Below the pieces are notes generated by a model that was not told where the DNA came from, ran no database searches, and was given only the letters and a program-made list of their open reading frames with translations. From sequence record LC373201.2: a stretch of 64,000 nucleotides of DNA; one strand, written 5' to 3'. The position numbers and the translations under genes were made by a program. Numbering within the stretch: the stretch's first letter is position 1; every line of letters starts with the position of its first letter. Shown here one piece after another: positions 46,326 through 55,860 of this stretch. Origin of the DNA: Enterobacter phage EspM4VN.

Positions 46326-47168
46326 ATGCAATCTGCCACCAAAGTTGTAAGTATGAAGCCAGCGGGCAAGACCAAGTCAGCACGTAAGAAGGAGACAATC
46401 CAGAAAGAAGATGACTGGATGAAGTTCTCCAAAGGTGACTTCAGAATCGCTCCGTTCAATGGCCTCTCAGAGAATCAGAACCTCGCTTATCAATCTGCTC
46501 TTGAAGAAAACCTCACCATCGCGATCGGTCCGGCGGGTACAGGTAAATCGTACTGTGGTGCCTCAGCCGCCGCCAAGCTCCTGATCGATAAAGTTGTCAG
46601 CAAGATTGTCATCACGCGCTCTCCGCTGCCAACAGGCCAGACAGCAGGCTTCCGTCCTGGTGACACGTACGAAAAGCTCATGCCATACCTGATGCCCCTG
46701 ATTCAGACGTTGAAGAAGGTACTGAAGACCGACACGGGCAATGATGGTTTCTTCAACTACCTGTGGGAGAAGCGGATCATCGAGATCCAGGATCTGGAGA
46801 CCATCAAGGGGATGACCTTTGAAGACACCTTCCTGATCATTGAAGAAGCCCAGGAATGCGATATGGAGCAGCTGAAGAACCTGCTGACTCGCAACGCAGA
46901 TTCAACCTACGTCTTTGTAAACGGTGACATCAAGCAGTCCAACAATCGCCTGCGCGACAATGCCCTTGAGAGATACGTCCATGCTTTCCGTGACTTCAAT
47001 GCCAAACTCGAAGCCGGAACTCTGGTGATCGACGATGTTGGCGTCGGTGATGAATATCCTGAATGGGTTCAACCGTTCAGTATCATCGAATTCAACAAGA
47101 CCGACCGCAACGGACGCGGGGACTTCACCCGCCGTATGCTGGAAGTTAACGATCTGTACGACATTTAA
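46326..47168 (+). CDS. phoH: PhoH-like ATPase
   Basis: Walker A GPAGTGKSY and the PhoH-family pattern; ATG 46326 after AGGAAGG. Confidence 0.8.
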   Translation: MQSATKVVSMKPAGKTKSARKKETIQKEDDWMKFSKGDFRIAPFNGLSENQNLAYQSALEENLTIAIGPAGTGKSYCGASAAAKLLIDKVVSKIVITRSPLPTGQTAGFRPGDTYEKLMPYLMPLIQTLKKVLKTDTGNDGFFNYLWEKRIIEIQDLETIKGMTFEDTFLIIEEAQECDMEQLKNLLTRNADSTYVFVNGDIKQSNNRLRDNALERYVHAFRDFNAKLEAGTLVIDDVGVGDEYPEWVQPFSIIEFNKTDRNGRGDFTRRMLEVNDLYDI

Positions 47169-47253
47169 GTAACTCACCAACACTCCCCGCCGCCTTCAAT
47201 CTAAGAGGGCGGCGTATAATAAAACCTGCTTATAACACAAACCGAGGATCGCT

Positions 47254-49533
47254 ATGATTAACGTCATTAAGCGGGACGGATCTTCTGTCCCCTTTGATAT
47301 TGAGAAACTACACGCAGTCGTAGACCGCGCATGTGACGGCCTGCCTGGTGTATCAATGTCAGAGGTGATCGCTGCATCGAAGATTCAGTTCACCGACAAC
47401 ATGAGAACAGATCGCATTCAGGATATCCTCATCCAGGCTGCGGCTTCGCTGATCTCTGTAGACAAACCCAATTACCAGTATGTGGCTGCTCGTCTGAAGT
47501 CATATGATCTGCGCAAGGCTGTCTATGGCCAGTACAAGCCGCCTCACCTGCTGGATATCTTCGTCAAGAACATCAAACAGCGTGTGTATGATCGTGAGTT
47601 CCTTGATCTCTACACGACCGAAGAGTTCAACGAACTGAACGATGTCATCAATCACAAACGTGACAAGAACTTCACGTGGGCGGCCATGGGCCAGCTGACT
47701 GAGAAGTATCTGCTGCGCGACCGTTCCAAGAAAGACAGCAAGATCTTCTACGAAACCCCTCAGGTCATGTACATGGGCATCGCCATGGCGTTGTTCTCTA
47801 ACTGGGACAAAGACAGCCGCCTAGAGATGGTGAAGAAGTTCTATGAATACGCCAGCACAGGCAAGTTCAGTCTTCCAACCCCGATTATGGCAGGCGTTCG
47901 TACTCCTACCCGTCAGTTCAGTTCCTGCGTGTTGATCAAAACTGGTGACACCCTGGATTCTATCAACGCAACAGCCAAAACCATCGTTGACTATGTGTCC
48001 AAACGTGCGGGTATCGGCTTCGACATCGGGGCTATCCGTGGGATCGGCAGTCCTATTCGCGGCGGAGAGATGGTTCACACAGGCCTGATCCCGTTCATCA
48101 AGTATCTCACTGGGGCGCTCAAGTCGTGCTCTCAGGGCGGCATTCGTGGTGGTGCAGCAACAGCTTATATCCCTCTGTGGCATTACCAGTTCGATGACGT
48201 TGTCGTTCTTAAGAACAACCGTGGCACTGAAGAGAACCGCGAACGCCGTATCGACTACGGTATTCAGATCAACCGCGTGATGTTTGAGCGCCTGGTTGCC
48301 AAGCAGCCTCTGTATCTGTTCGACCCGAAAGACAACCGCGAAATGTACGAAGCATACTTCGCCGACGTTGACAAGTTCCGTACTCTGTACGAGAACATGA
48401 TCAAGGCCGCCGACGCTGGCCTGGTACGTTCTAAGAAGCTGCAGGCCGAAGAAGTGTTCCAGATGCTGTTGGATCAGCGTTCAGACACAGGCCGCATCTA
48501 CATCGCATTTGTCGATCACATGAATGAATACAGTCCATTCAACCTCGACACCATCTACAGCTCCAACCTGTGTCTTGAAATCGCCCTGCCGACCCGTGAG
48601 TTCGAGCAGTACAACGATGAAAATGGACGCGTCGCCCTGTGTACCCTGGCTTCCTTTAACCTGACGGCGTTCGAAGATCCTACGGAAATGGAAGACGTGG
48701 CGTTCGTGTTGGTGTCGGCACTGGACATGCTGCTTGAATATCAGGACTATCCAGCGATTCAGGCTCGTAAGGCTGTTGAAGACTATCGTCCTCTAGGTGT
48801 TGGTATCGTGAACGTGGCGCACTTCTTGGCCAAGAACTTCACGGGCTACGGCTCACCAGATGGTCTTGAGATGTTGGATGCGTGGATGGCACACCTGCAC
48901 TACTATCTGGTCAAGGCATCCAACCGTCTGGCGATGAAGTTCGGCGCTTGCAAACGTGGAACCATCCATGGTATGGGACAGGTCACCGCCGATCTTCAGC
49001 CGCTTCCGCTTGACATCCTACCAAACGGCAAGAAGCCGGAAGGCATGGCATACGGTCTGGACTGGGATGAGTTGAAGGATGACCTGAAGACCTATGGTAT
49101 CCGCAACGCCACCCTGCTGGCAGTAGCCCCTACCGAAAGCTCCTCACAGGTCCTCAACGCAACGAACGGCATTGAGCCACCGAAGGGCTTGGTAAGCATT
49201 AAGGGCAGCAAGGACGGCACGTACAAGCAGGTTGTTCCGGATGTAGAGACCCTTGGACCGCTGTATGACCTCAAGTGGGACCTGGACTGCATCGAGTACC
49301 TGAAGACCGCTGCTGTTATCCAGCGCTGGGTTGACCAGTCCATCAGTACCAACACATGGTATGACCCAGAGAAGTACCCTGACGGCAAGATCCCTCGTTC
49401 CAAGATGATGCAGGATATCCTGTCGTTCTATATGTGGGGTGGTAAGACTCTGTATTACAACACGAACAAGGACGCCAAGGAAGACGAAGAGCTGAAACAG
49501 GCTGAGGAAGTTTGTGACACCTGTGTCGTCTGA
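47254..49533 (+). CDS. nrdA: ribonucleoside-diphosphate reductase alpha subunit NrdA
   Basis: 759 aa; ATP-cone start MINVIKRDGSSVPFDIEKL; catalytic motifs typical of class Ia RNR. Confidence 0.9.
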   Translation: MINVIKRDGSSVPFDIEKLHAVVDRACDGLPGVSMSEVIAASKIQFTDNMRTDRIQDILIQAAASLISVDKPNYQYVAARLKSYDLRKAVYGQYKPPHLLDIFVKNIKQRVYDREFLDLYTTEEFNELNDVINHKRDKNFTWAAMGQLTEKYLLRDRSKKDSKIFYETPQVMYMGIAMALFSNWDKDSRLEMVKKFYEYASTGKFSLPTPIMAGVRTPTRQFSSCVLIKTGDTLDSINATAKTIVDYVSKRAGIGFDIGAIRGIGSPIRGGEMVHTGLIPFIKYLTGALKSCSQGGIRGGAATAYIPLWHYQFDDVVVLKNNRGTEENRERRIDYGIQINRVMFERLVAKQPLYLFDPKDNREMYEAYFADVDKFRTLYENMIKAADAGLVRSKKLQAEEVFQMLLDQRSDTGRIYIAFVDHMNEYSPFNLDTIYSSNLCLEIALPTREFEQYNDENGRVALCTLASFNLTAFEDPTEMEDVAFVLVSALDMLLEYQDYPAIQARKAVEDYRPLGVGIVNVAHFLAKNFTGYGSPDGLEMLDAWMAHLHYYLVKASNRLAMKFGACKRGTIHGMGQVTADLQPLPLDILPNGKKPEGMAYGLDWDELKDDLKTYGIRNATLLAVAPTESSSQVLNATNGIEPPKGLVSIKGSKDGTYKQVVPDVETLGPLYDLKWDLDCIEYLKTAAVIQRWVDQSISTNTWYDPEKYPDGKIPRSKMMQDILSFYMWGGKTLYYNTNKDAKEDEELKQAEEVCDTCVV

Positions 49534-49603
49534 GTTGGTCTAAACCTGCTACCGTTATATCATCAGGGGTGAGAGATCACCCCTTATTTATCAGGAAAGA
49601 AAC

Positions 49604-50707
49604 ATGAGCGAACAGAAACAATTCTCCGTATTCGACCCAAGCTCGAACAACACTGGTCTGCCGTTCTTCGGCGATCCGGTGAGCATCCAGCGCTATGACA
49701 TCGTGGCCTGGCCATTCGTGCAGAAGTGGTATGAGAAAGGCCTCAGCCAGTTCTGGCGTCCGGAAGAGGTGGACATCACCAAGGACAAGGCCGACTATGC
49801 AACCCTCACACCTGCTGAAAAGCGCATCTATGAGAGCAACCTGAAGCGCCAGACCATGCTGGATTCTATTCAGGGTGCGGCTCCGTTTGAAGCATTTGGT
49901 CCATGGGCGTCTACCCCTGAAATGCAGTTCGCCGTACTTGAGTGGACGCGCCAGGAAGCCATCCACTCCCTGTCGTACACCCACATCCTGCGCAACACTG
50001 TGAACGATCCTGGCATCGTGTTTGATCACGTGTTGGACGTTGCGGAGATTGTGGATTGTGCCCATCAGATTAGTACTCACTATGACGATATGGTTCGTTA
50101 CAGTGGCATGCGTATGGCTGGCCGCGCCTTTACTCGTGAAGACATTATGAATGCCAAACGTGCATTCTGGCGTGCTCTATTCGCTGCCAACACGCTGGAA
50201 GGCATCCGCTTCTACGTGTCTTTCGCATGCTCTTGGGCGTTCACGCAGTTCCAGAAGAAGATGGAAGGCAATGCTAAAATCATTCGCCAGATCGCACGTG
50301 ATGAGCAAGATCACCTGATCCTGACCCAGACTCTGCTGAACCGCCTGCCTGGCATGGACCCTGACTTCGAAATCATCCGTGAGGAACTACGTGGTGAGAT
50401 GACCCAGATGTTCCTGGACGTGGGAAATCAGGAGAAGCAATGGGCTGACTATCTGTTCCAGGACGGCTCTATGCTTGGTCTGAACGCGAAGATCCTACAC
50501 CATATGGTAGACTGGTTGCTCACCCACCGCATGGGCGCTATCGGACACCCATATCCTGGGGAACCACGTAAGGAATGCCCAGTGCCATGGATCAACGAAT
50601 GGCTAAATAATAAGACAATGCAATACGCGTTGCAGGAAGCTGAAGCTCCTGATTATCTGATGGGTGTACTGACTGGTTCAGTATCCGATGGCCTCAAATT
50701 CGCTTAA
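49604..50707 (+). CDS. nrdB: ribonucleoside-diphosphate reductase beta subunit NrdB
   Basis: 367 aa immediately after nrdA; ferritin-like di-iron motifs (EAIHS, EGIRFY). Confidence 0.85.
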   Translation: MSEQKQFSVFDPSSNNTGLPFFGDPVSIQRYDIVAWPFVQKWYEKGLSQFWRPEEVDITKDKADYATLTPAEKRIYESNLKRQTMLDSIQGAAPFEAFGPWASTPEMQFAVLEWTRQEAIHSLSYTHILRNTVNDPGIVFDHVLDVAEIVDCAHQISTHYDDMVRYSGMRMAGRAFTREDIMNAKRAFWRALFAANTLEGIRFYVSFACSWAFTQFQKKMEGNAKIIRQIARDEQDHLILTQTLLNRLPGMDPDFEIIREELRGEMTQMFLDVGNQEKQWADYLFQDGSMLGLNAKILHHMVDWLLTHRMGAIGHPYPGEPRKECPVPWINEWLNNKTMQYALQEAEAPDYLMGVLTGSVSDGLKFA

Positions 50708-50716
50708 AGGTGAGAA

Positions 50717-50941
50717 ATGATTACGATCTATTCCAAACAAGGTTGCGCTCAGTGTGTAACAGCTGAAAATCTGTGCAAGATGAAAGGGCTGGAACACAAG
50801 ATCCTCAAGCTGGACAAAGACTACCAGCTGGAAGAACTTCAGCAGTTGACGGGTAAGCAGCGCATGTCGATGCCTGTAATCGTCCTCGCTGACCAGACCG
50901 TGACCGACGTTACTGGACTCGCCGCCAGCCTCAAACGCTGA
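50717..50941 (+). CDS. nrdC: glutaredoxin/thioredoxin-like NrdC/NrdH
   Basis: 74 aa; MITIYSKQGCAQCV CxxC redox motif; adjacent to nrdB. Confidence 0.6.
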   Translation: MITIYSKQGCAQCVTAENLCKMKGLEHKILKLDKDYQLEELQQLTGKQRMSMPVIVLADQTVTDVTGLAASLKR

Positions 50942-50947
50942 TCTGTC

Positions 50948-50977
50948 AAAGCCCCTCATTGAGGGGCTTTACTTTTG
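50948..50977 (+). terminator. rho-independent terminator
   Basis: GCCCCTC-ATT-GAGGGGC then TTTACTTTTG. Confidence 0.6.
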
Positions 50978-50996
50978 AAACCCCCTCCCCTATACT
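50968..50996 (+). promoter_or_regulatory. T4-type early promoter TTTACT-N17-TATACT
   Basis: TTTACT 50968-50973 (overlaps terminator T-run), TATACT 50991-50996. Confidence 0.45.
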
Positions 50997-51046
50997 TCCC
51001 AGTAATTCATTGGCATTCGCCACAAATTGAAAGCGGGAACTATATC

Positions 51047-51508
51047 ATGACAAACAAAGTACTCACCAACCCACTGCACAACTTCGGTTACATTCAGCTC
51101 CCTCTGGTGATCGACACCCTCTTCCCTGAAGACAAGGAAGCTATCTGCTGGTCACCATCCGCTCTGATTGAACGCGAAATCTTCAAGTCTGTGGTTGATG
51201 TCATGTTCCGTATCGGGCGCAATGGACCTCTGGTCTACCTCGGCAAGGCGACCGAGTTGAAGACAAGTCACAACGAACGCTTCCTCCGTATCGATACCAC
51301 AGGGTGCTCTCAGCAGGACTTCAACACATTGCGCAATTATGTGCTGGTCAATCGCCCAATCAGCCAGCACCGCCCGTATCTGACGTCTATGCATATCGAC
51401 AACTTCATCACGGATGTGCACCTGCAGGCCGATACGCTCTATGATGACGATCAATGCGTCGCTACCGACACAGTCTTAAATATGGTTGTGATCACCCTGG
51501 CGGAGTAA
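51047..51508 (+). CDS. hypothetical protein (153 aa)
   Basis: ATG 51047 after TIR motif ATTGAAAGCGGGAACTATATCATG. Confidence 0.5.
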   Translation: MTNKVLTNPLHNFGYIQLPLVIDTLFPEDKEAICWSPSALIEREIFKSVVDVMFRIGRNGPLVYLGKATELKTSHNERFLRIDTTGCSQQDFNTLRNYVLVNRPISQHRPYLTSMHIDNFITDVHLQADTLYDDDQCVATDTVLNMVVITLAE

Positions 51509-51514
51509 ACCATC

Positions 51515-51904
51515 ATGAACTACCCTCTTGACGCGAAGTTTATTCTCCCAAGGAAGGAACTGGACACCTTCCGAGTTCTGCATCAACTCTTGGCCGCTGG
51601 AGAAACAATCCCATTATACGAGGGCGGAAAGAAGGTAGGGAAAGGGGTTTCGTGCGCGATAGAAGACAGTGAATACTGGGCATTTGATTTCAATCGCACC
51701 GAGAATTTCAAGCCAAGGGATTCATCAATGATGATGAGGTTCATGATTGACAAACCAATTGACCTACAGAAGTATGATCTGTTCTTGGACGCGATCCCAT
51801 ACGAATTCAGGGAGGATGGTCTGAATTACAGATTTGCGTTGTTGGTGTGCTTCAAAATGACTATCGTCCTGAAGCCTATGTTCACACCACCCAACGCAAG
51901 TTAA
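51515..51904 (+). CDS. hypothetical protein (129 aa)
   Basis: ORF. Confidence 0.4.
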   Translation: MNYPLDAKFILPRKELDTFRVLHQLLAAGETIPLYEGGKKVGKGVSCAIEDSEYWAFDFNRTENFKPRDSSMMMRFMIDKPIDLQKYDLFLDAIPYEFREDGLNYRFALLVCFKMTIVLKPMFTPPNAS

Positions 51905-52285
51905 TCAGTTCGTCCGCTTCAACCACACGGTGTCTGTTATTGGATCTGGGTTGTTGACCACATAGAATGTGATGGTCACGCCCAAAGAGTGGTAATCCTC
52001 TGACAGACTCACCGTGACTTCCTCTACCTCTGCACGTGGTTCATACAGAGCAATAGCATCTTCAACTTTGTTCTTCACATCCACCTGAATCGTTGGGGTG
52101 GTGTTCTCTCCAAGAAGATTATACAGCCCTGCGCCGATCCCAGGATAAGTGGGCCAGTCCCCGACTGAAGACATGACGATATTCCGCACAGATTGCAAGA
52201 CAGCATAAATCCCAGATTTCATGGTGACATCTTTGGTCACCGGATGCATGCCGAACTTCAGATCGACATCTTTGTACTCTTTCAT
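51905..52285 (-). CDS. 25: baseplate wedge protein gp25
   Basis: 126 aa; PTYPGIGAGLYNLLGENTTPTIQVDVKNKVEDAIALYEPRAEVEEV vs T4 gp25 PFDPEFGCDLSDQLFENMTPLTADTVERNIESAVRNYEPRIDKLAV. Confidence 0.7.
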   Translation of the reverse strand: MKEYKDVDLKFGMHPVTKDVTMKSGIYAVLQSVRNIVMSSVGDWPTYPGIGAGLYNLLGENTTPTIQVDVKNKVEDAIALYEPRAEVEEVTVSLSEDYHSLGVTITFYVVNNPDPITDTVWLKRTN

Positions 52286-52357
52286 TTCGCGATCCTCTCA
52301 GGATGCCTATAAGGAGCAGAGAGACGTGCTGCCCCTCTGCCACTAAACTATACCAAC

Positions 52358-53968
52358 TTACTCTTCGGTGCCGAAATTACCACCATTGTCTTTTAATTCT
52401 GCCTTGATATCAATCTCACCTGGACCCGTAGGGGATGCAGGGGTTGCACCTGACAGAGAAGAAGCGCGACCAGCACCTTCGGCATATATGATGTTGCCAT
52501 TGATCGTCTGCGCCACAGTCAGTTTGTCGGCAATAATCTCAGTCGCTAGAATCTTAGGAACCTTCAACGTCCCGCCGACCTCCAGAGTCTCACAGATGAT
52601 GCGCAGAATATTCTGTGCCTGCATCTCAGCCAGGTTACTGAATTTCATCAACGCTGTGCCTGCAACCACGTTGGAGTAGTTGTTAGAATGCAGATGATAG
52701 ACTTCACCTTTCTTGCGCTGGACTTCGGTGCCGTTGATCGTCAGGTTGTGATCGCCGCCAACATAATAGCGCTTGTTGAACATCGTCAGGTCATAGTGGT
52801 CTTTGACGGCCTTGTTGACCACATCACCGTCTGGCAACATTTGCTTGTACGACCCAGACATATGCATCCAGTGAAGACGTTCACCGCCAGGAGTGTCATC
52901 CACTTCCATAATATGCCCAGCGCGGGATGCCATGACATTGTTGTATGGGTATTTGGATCCACCCGCAGCCGGAACCATGGTCTCGCCAGTGTTATCAATA
53001 TCCTGAACTCGCCCAGTAGGAGCCGGAGTCGGTTGTTCCTTTGGAGTACGATCTGGGATAGGTTCTGACCATTTACCATTCTGCTGTGCAGGCGCGGCTG
53101 TGGCTGTGTTAGCAGGACCAGGCCAGCGATAACCCAAGACTGAAGAACGGCTGAAACGACTGACCTTGACTGAATCGGATTGGTTGCCCCCGATACACCA
53201 GACATAGTTTGCATCGAACTTCTGTACAAACGCCACGTGACCAAACGTAGGGTTGTTGCCGCGCCGGAAGACTACGATAGCACCATATTGTGGTGCTGAC
53301 AGTGCACTACCCCATGTTAAGTAAGATCGGGCAAGAGCGGAGCGTGTAGACGTGTATCCGGCCTGCAACATAACCCAGCCCACGAACGCCGCACACCATG
53401 ACACTTCATCTTCAGAAGCACCAAGGGAGGTTGTCTTGTGGTATTCTACAATGCGCGGGTTGTTGTTGAACTTTCCGGCGTACTCCTTGACGCCCAATTC
53501 ACCACGAGCGATTGTCATCCACTTCTCTGGATCATACCCGCCAACAGGTGGTTGTGGATCTGGTTGTGGTTCGTCTTCTTGTTTCACAGGAACGTCAGTG
53601 ACAGCGTTGTACGCCTGACGTTCTACAGATTGAACAACCTGCCCCAGCGCCAGCGGGTTTGTGTCCGCGCCGTCTGTTGGGGTAGCACCAGGCCATGTCC
53701 ATGTGATACGCAGATTCTGATATGCATCATCCAGGGCGAAGCCCATGACCTCGGTGCCAACGATAATACCCGTCGGAGACCAGCCTAATCCAGCAGAGGA
53801 GGCATTGGACGCAGGCATCATCACCTTTGCCCATGGGAGTTTGTCCGAAGGCAGGAGAACGGGATCTTCGGTATGAATACCACGGACACGGACGGCAACG
53901 CGTCCATTTTCATCTGGATCGTTGACGTCCTCAACGGTGCCATAAAACCATCTCATTTTGTCTAACAT
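52358..53968 (-). CDS. 5: gp5-like baseplate hub/cell-puncturing protein with CHAP/NlpC-P60-like (TIGR02594-type) enzymatic domain
   Basis: N-term MRWFYGTVEDVNDPDENGRVAVRVRGIHT vs T4 gp5 NWFVGVVEDVMDPNLLGRVRVRVHGIHT; middle SWCAAFVGWV...GHVAFV Cys/His pattern; C-term beta-helix-like repeats. Confidence 0.7.
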   Translation of the reverse strand: MLDKMRWFYGTVEDVNDPDENGRVAVRVRGIHTEDPVLLPSDKLPWAKVMMPASNASSAGLGWSPTGIIVGTEVMGFALDDAYQNLRITWTWPGATPTDGADTNPLALGQVVQSVERQAYNAVTDVPVKQEDEPQPDPQPPVGGYDPEKWMTIARGELGVKEYAGKFNNNPRIVEYHKTTSLGASEDEVSWCAAFVGWVMLQAGYTSTRSALARSYLTWGSALSAPQYGAIVVFRRGNNPTFGHVAFVQKFDANYVWCIGGNQSDSVKVSRFSRSSVLGYRWPGPANTATAAPAQQNGKWSEPIPDRTPKEQPTPAPTGRVQDIDNTGETMVPAAGGSKYPYNNVMASRAGHIMEVDDTPGGERLHWMHMSGSYKQMLPDGDVVNKAVKDHYDLTMFNKRYYVGGDHNLTINGTEVQRKKGEVYHLHSNNYSNVVAGTALMKFSNLAEMQAQNILRIICETLEVGGTLKVPKILATEIIADKLTVAQTINGNIIYAEGAGRASSLSGATPASPTGPGEIDIKAELKDNGGNFGTEE

Positions 53969-54002
53969 ATTGAGTTCCGGTTGTCAAACAAGGATTTGAA
54001 GG

Positions 54003-54010
54003 TATTTATG
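54003..54010 (-). promoter_or_regulatory. late-promoter-like CATAAATA on minus strand upstream of gene 5
   Basis: Plus-strand TATTTATG 54003-54010 is minus-strand CATAAATA, about 35 nt upstream of the gp5 ATG (53968). Confidence 0.35.
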
Positions 54011-54312
54011 CGCAGTGGATTTTGCCTTATATACTATAGGAAGCTCTGCTTCCGTTCAGTTAATTGTCCTTATCGATCTTATTCGCTTCGCTCATCAAAC
54101 CGCCCTATGCAGGCAGCACCATTCCAATGCCATGGAGGCATAAGAGCGAGGCAATAACTGTACACCTCAGAACACTCCTTGAAAAATGGTATTTTACTGA
54201 CAATCTGATTCAAAACAGACTATCACCAACAAATGACTCAGGGATACACCTATTATAACAATTTCGGGTAAAGAGAGCACGTGTTAACCTGTTTTACAGT
54301 TAAGCCAGTAAA

Positions 54313-54342
54313 AATCCCGCCGAAGCGGGATTACTGTTTCTT
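54313..54342 (-). terminator. rho-independent terminator (minus strand)
   Basis: Minus-strand AATCCCGC-TTCG-GCGGGATT then TTTTACTGG. Confidence 0.55.
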
Positions 54343-54478
54343 AGACAACCTGACCTTGAGGCTTCGGTTAACAAGTCAAGATGCCACGGCATCGACTCGT
54401 TGATTTCAAATATGCTATAGCCGTGTAACTTCAATTCATCACACATCACGAAGTAGGATAGTAAATCAGTTTCAAACA

Positions 54479-55285
54479 TTAGATGAAAATTTCATTAATG
54501 CTATTGAACTCGATCGGGTGGTCTTTACCACATTTAGGACACTTGATCTTGTTCTTGTAGTAGATGCGCGGGATCTTATGGAAGAAGTCCTTGGTGATCT
54601 GTTCAATAACATCAGACTCGAGGTTATCTTTCACCCAATCAACAAACGCTTCTTTCACACGGCGGCGCTCAATAGCTTCATCAGGCGCGATACCTGCTTC
54701 ATCAGGGTTCTCAATTCGCCAGACCTGACCATCGTCGTCATACAGGCAATCAATGAACGTGGCCAACATCACCTGAATGCTGTCCGCGTCTGAGAGCGCC
54801 GAGGCATCAGAGAAGGAAGGTTGACGCATCTTGAGGTGATAGCCGCCGGGTAGATCAAACACATCCCTGAATCCCTCTTTCGCCACGCATTTAACGTTCT
54901 GTAAAGGGATTGGCAATGTGAGTTCTTGTTCACACGGAACCATCTTCTTCTGTTGTGTGCCGTCACCGAGGTCGATGGTTTCTTCAACCTGGTTGTTGCA
55001 CTTGTAACGAATCTTCATCAATTCACCGATGGCGATGCAACGCATGCGGATGAACACTTCCTCAACAACTCCGATTGGCAGTTTGCTGAAAGGAGCGCCA
55101 GCCTCCACACATTCACCAAACAGGCTCTCCATAATGGTGGCGCGTTCGGCAATCGGCGTTTGCGGATCAGACACCTGAAGCAATAAAGTTTGTTGCCCTG
55201 CAGTGAAAGCGCGATACTTAATGGTGCTCGGCCAGAAATCACTTTTGAACGTTTTCTCCGTTCTGGGCAATGATGGTAAATTCAT
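54479..55285 (-). CDS. late-gene product with C-terminal zinc ribbon; possibly baseplate-hub associated (gp26/gp51-like, tentative)
   Basis: 268 aa; C-term KIKCPKCGKDHP; perfect late promoter upstream; adjacent to genes 5 and 25. Confidence 0.35.
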   Translation of the reverse strand: MNLPSLPRTEKTFKSDFWPSTIKYRAFTAGQQTLLLQVSDPQTPIAERATIMESLFGECVEAGAPFSKLPIGVVEEVFIRMRCIAIGELMKIRYKCNNQVEETIDLGDGTQQKKMVPCEQELTLPIPLQNVKCVAKEGFRDVFDLPGGYHLKMRQPSFSDASALSDADSIQVMLATFIDCLYDDDGQVWRIENPDEAGIAPDEAIERRRVKEAFVDWVKDNLESDVIEQITKDFFHKIPRIYYKNKIKCPKCGKDHPIEFNSINEIFI

Positions 55286-55314
55286 AATGTATCTCCACAG
55301 TATAGTTGTACAGA

Positions 55315-55322
55315 TATTTATA
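55315..55322 (-). promoter_or_regulatory. T4-type late promoter TATAAATA (minus strand)
   Basis: Plus-strand TATTTATA 55315-55322 is minus-strand TATAAATA, 30 nt upstream of ATG at 55285. Confidence 0.55.
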
Positions 55323-55329
55323 ACGAGGA

Positions 55330-55860
55330 ATGAAAATGCGCGGATTTTGTTTTAGTGAAATCGGCAAGGAATTGTCCATACAATATCCTGACCCCAACAC
55401 CGACTTCTTTATTTTCTTGTCAGACTATGCCAAGAAAGAAAATGCCACCCATATTGCGATGAAGCATGATGATTATAAGTTCTGTCGTCTGGGTGTCAAA
55501 GATCTATTGCGCGCCGGACTGAACGTAATCATCGTCGATCCCAGTTATAGCCCAATAGATGATGAAGAAGTCCTTCCTGTGTTTGTCCATCGAAATATCA
55601 ATACACTAGACAAACATTTCCCAGATTGCGTTGTTATCGGAGAATTGGTCTCTTATTTCCACCATGGGCGGAAGCTCAAACAAATTAAAAGTTATTTTCA
55701 AGAGGGTGTTGGTCAATATAAGATGAACGCCCTCAGTAGTGGATGGAGGGTGTTGTCGACAGCTGGCGGCACCGACTATATTAAAATGCGTGTCTACGAA
55801 TATGTTGTGGAGCGCGATTATGAACTGGAGAAAGGTAATGCAAAACGAAACCGCCATTGA
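55330..55860 (+). CDS. hypothetical protein (176 aa)
   Basis: ORF divergent from the minus-strand late gene; ATG 55330 or 55336 after GAGGA. Confidence 0.45.
   Translation: MKMRGFCFSEIGKELSIQYPDPNTDFFIFLSDYAKKENATHIAMKHDDYKFCRLGVKDLLRAGLNVIIVDPSYSPIDDEEVLPVFVHRNINTLDKHFPDCVVIGELVSYFHHGRKLKQIKSYFQEGVGQYKMNALSSGWRVLSTAGGTDYIKMRVYEYVVERDYELEKGNAKRNRH

Noticed and set aside
54064-54258. 64-aa + strand ORF in the gene-5 upstream region
   Set aside because: No RBS and atypical composition. It lies in a minus-strand regulatory region and is probably non-coding.
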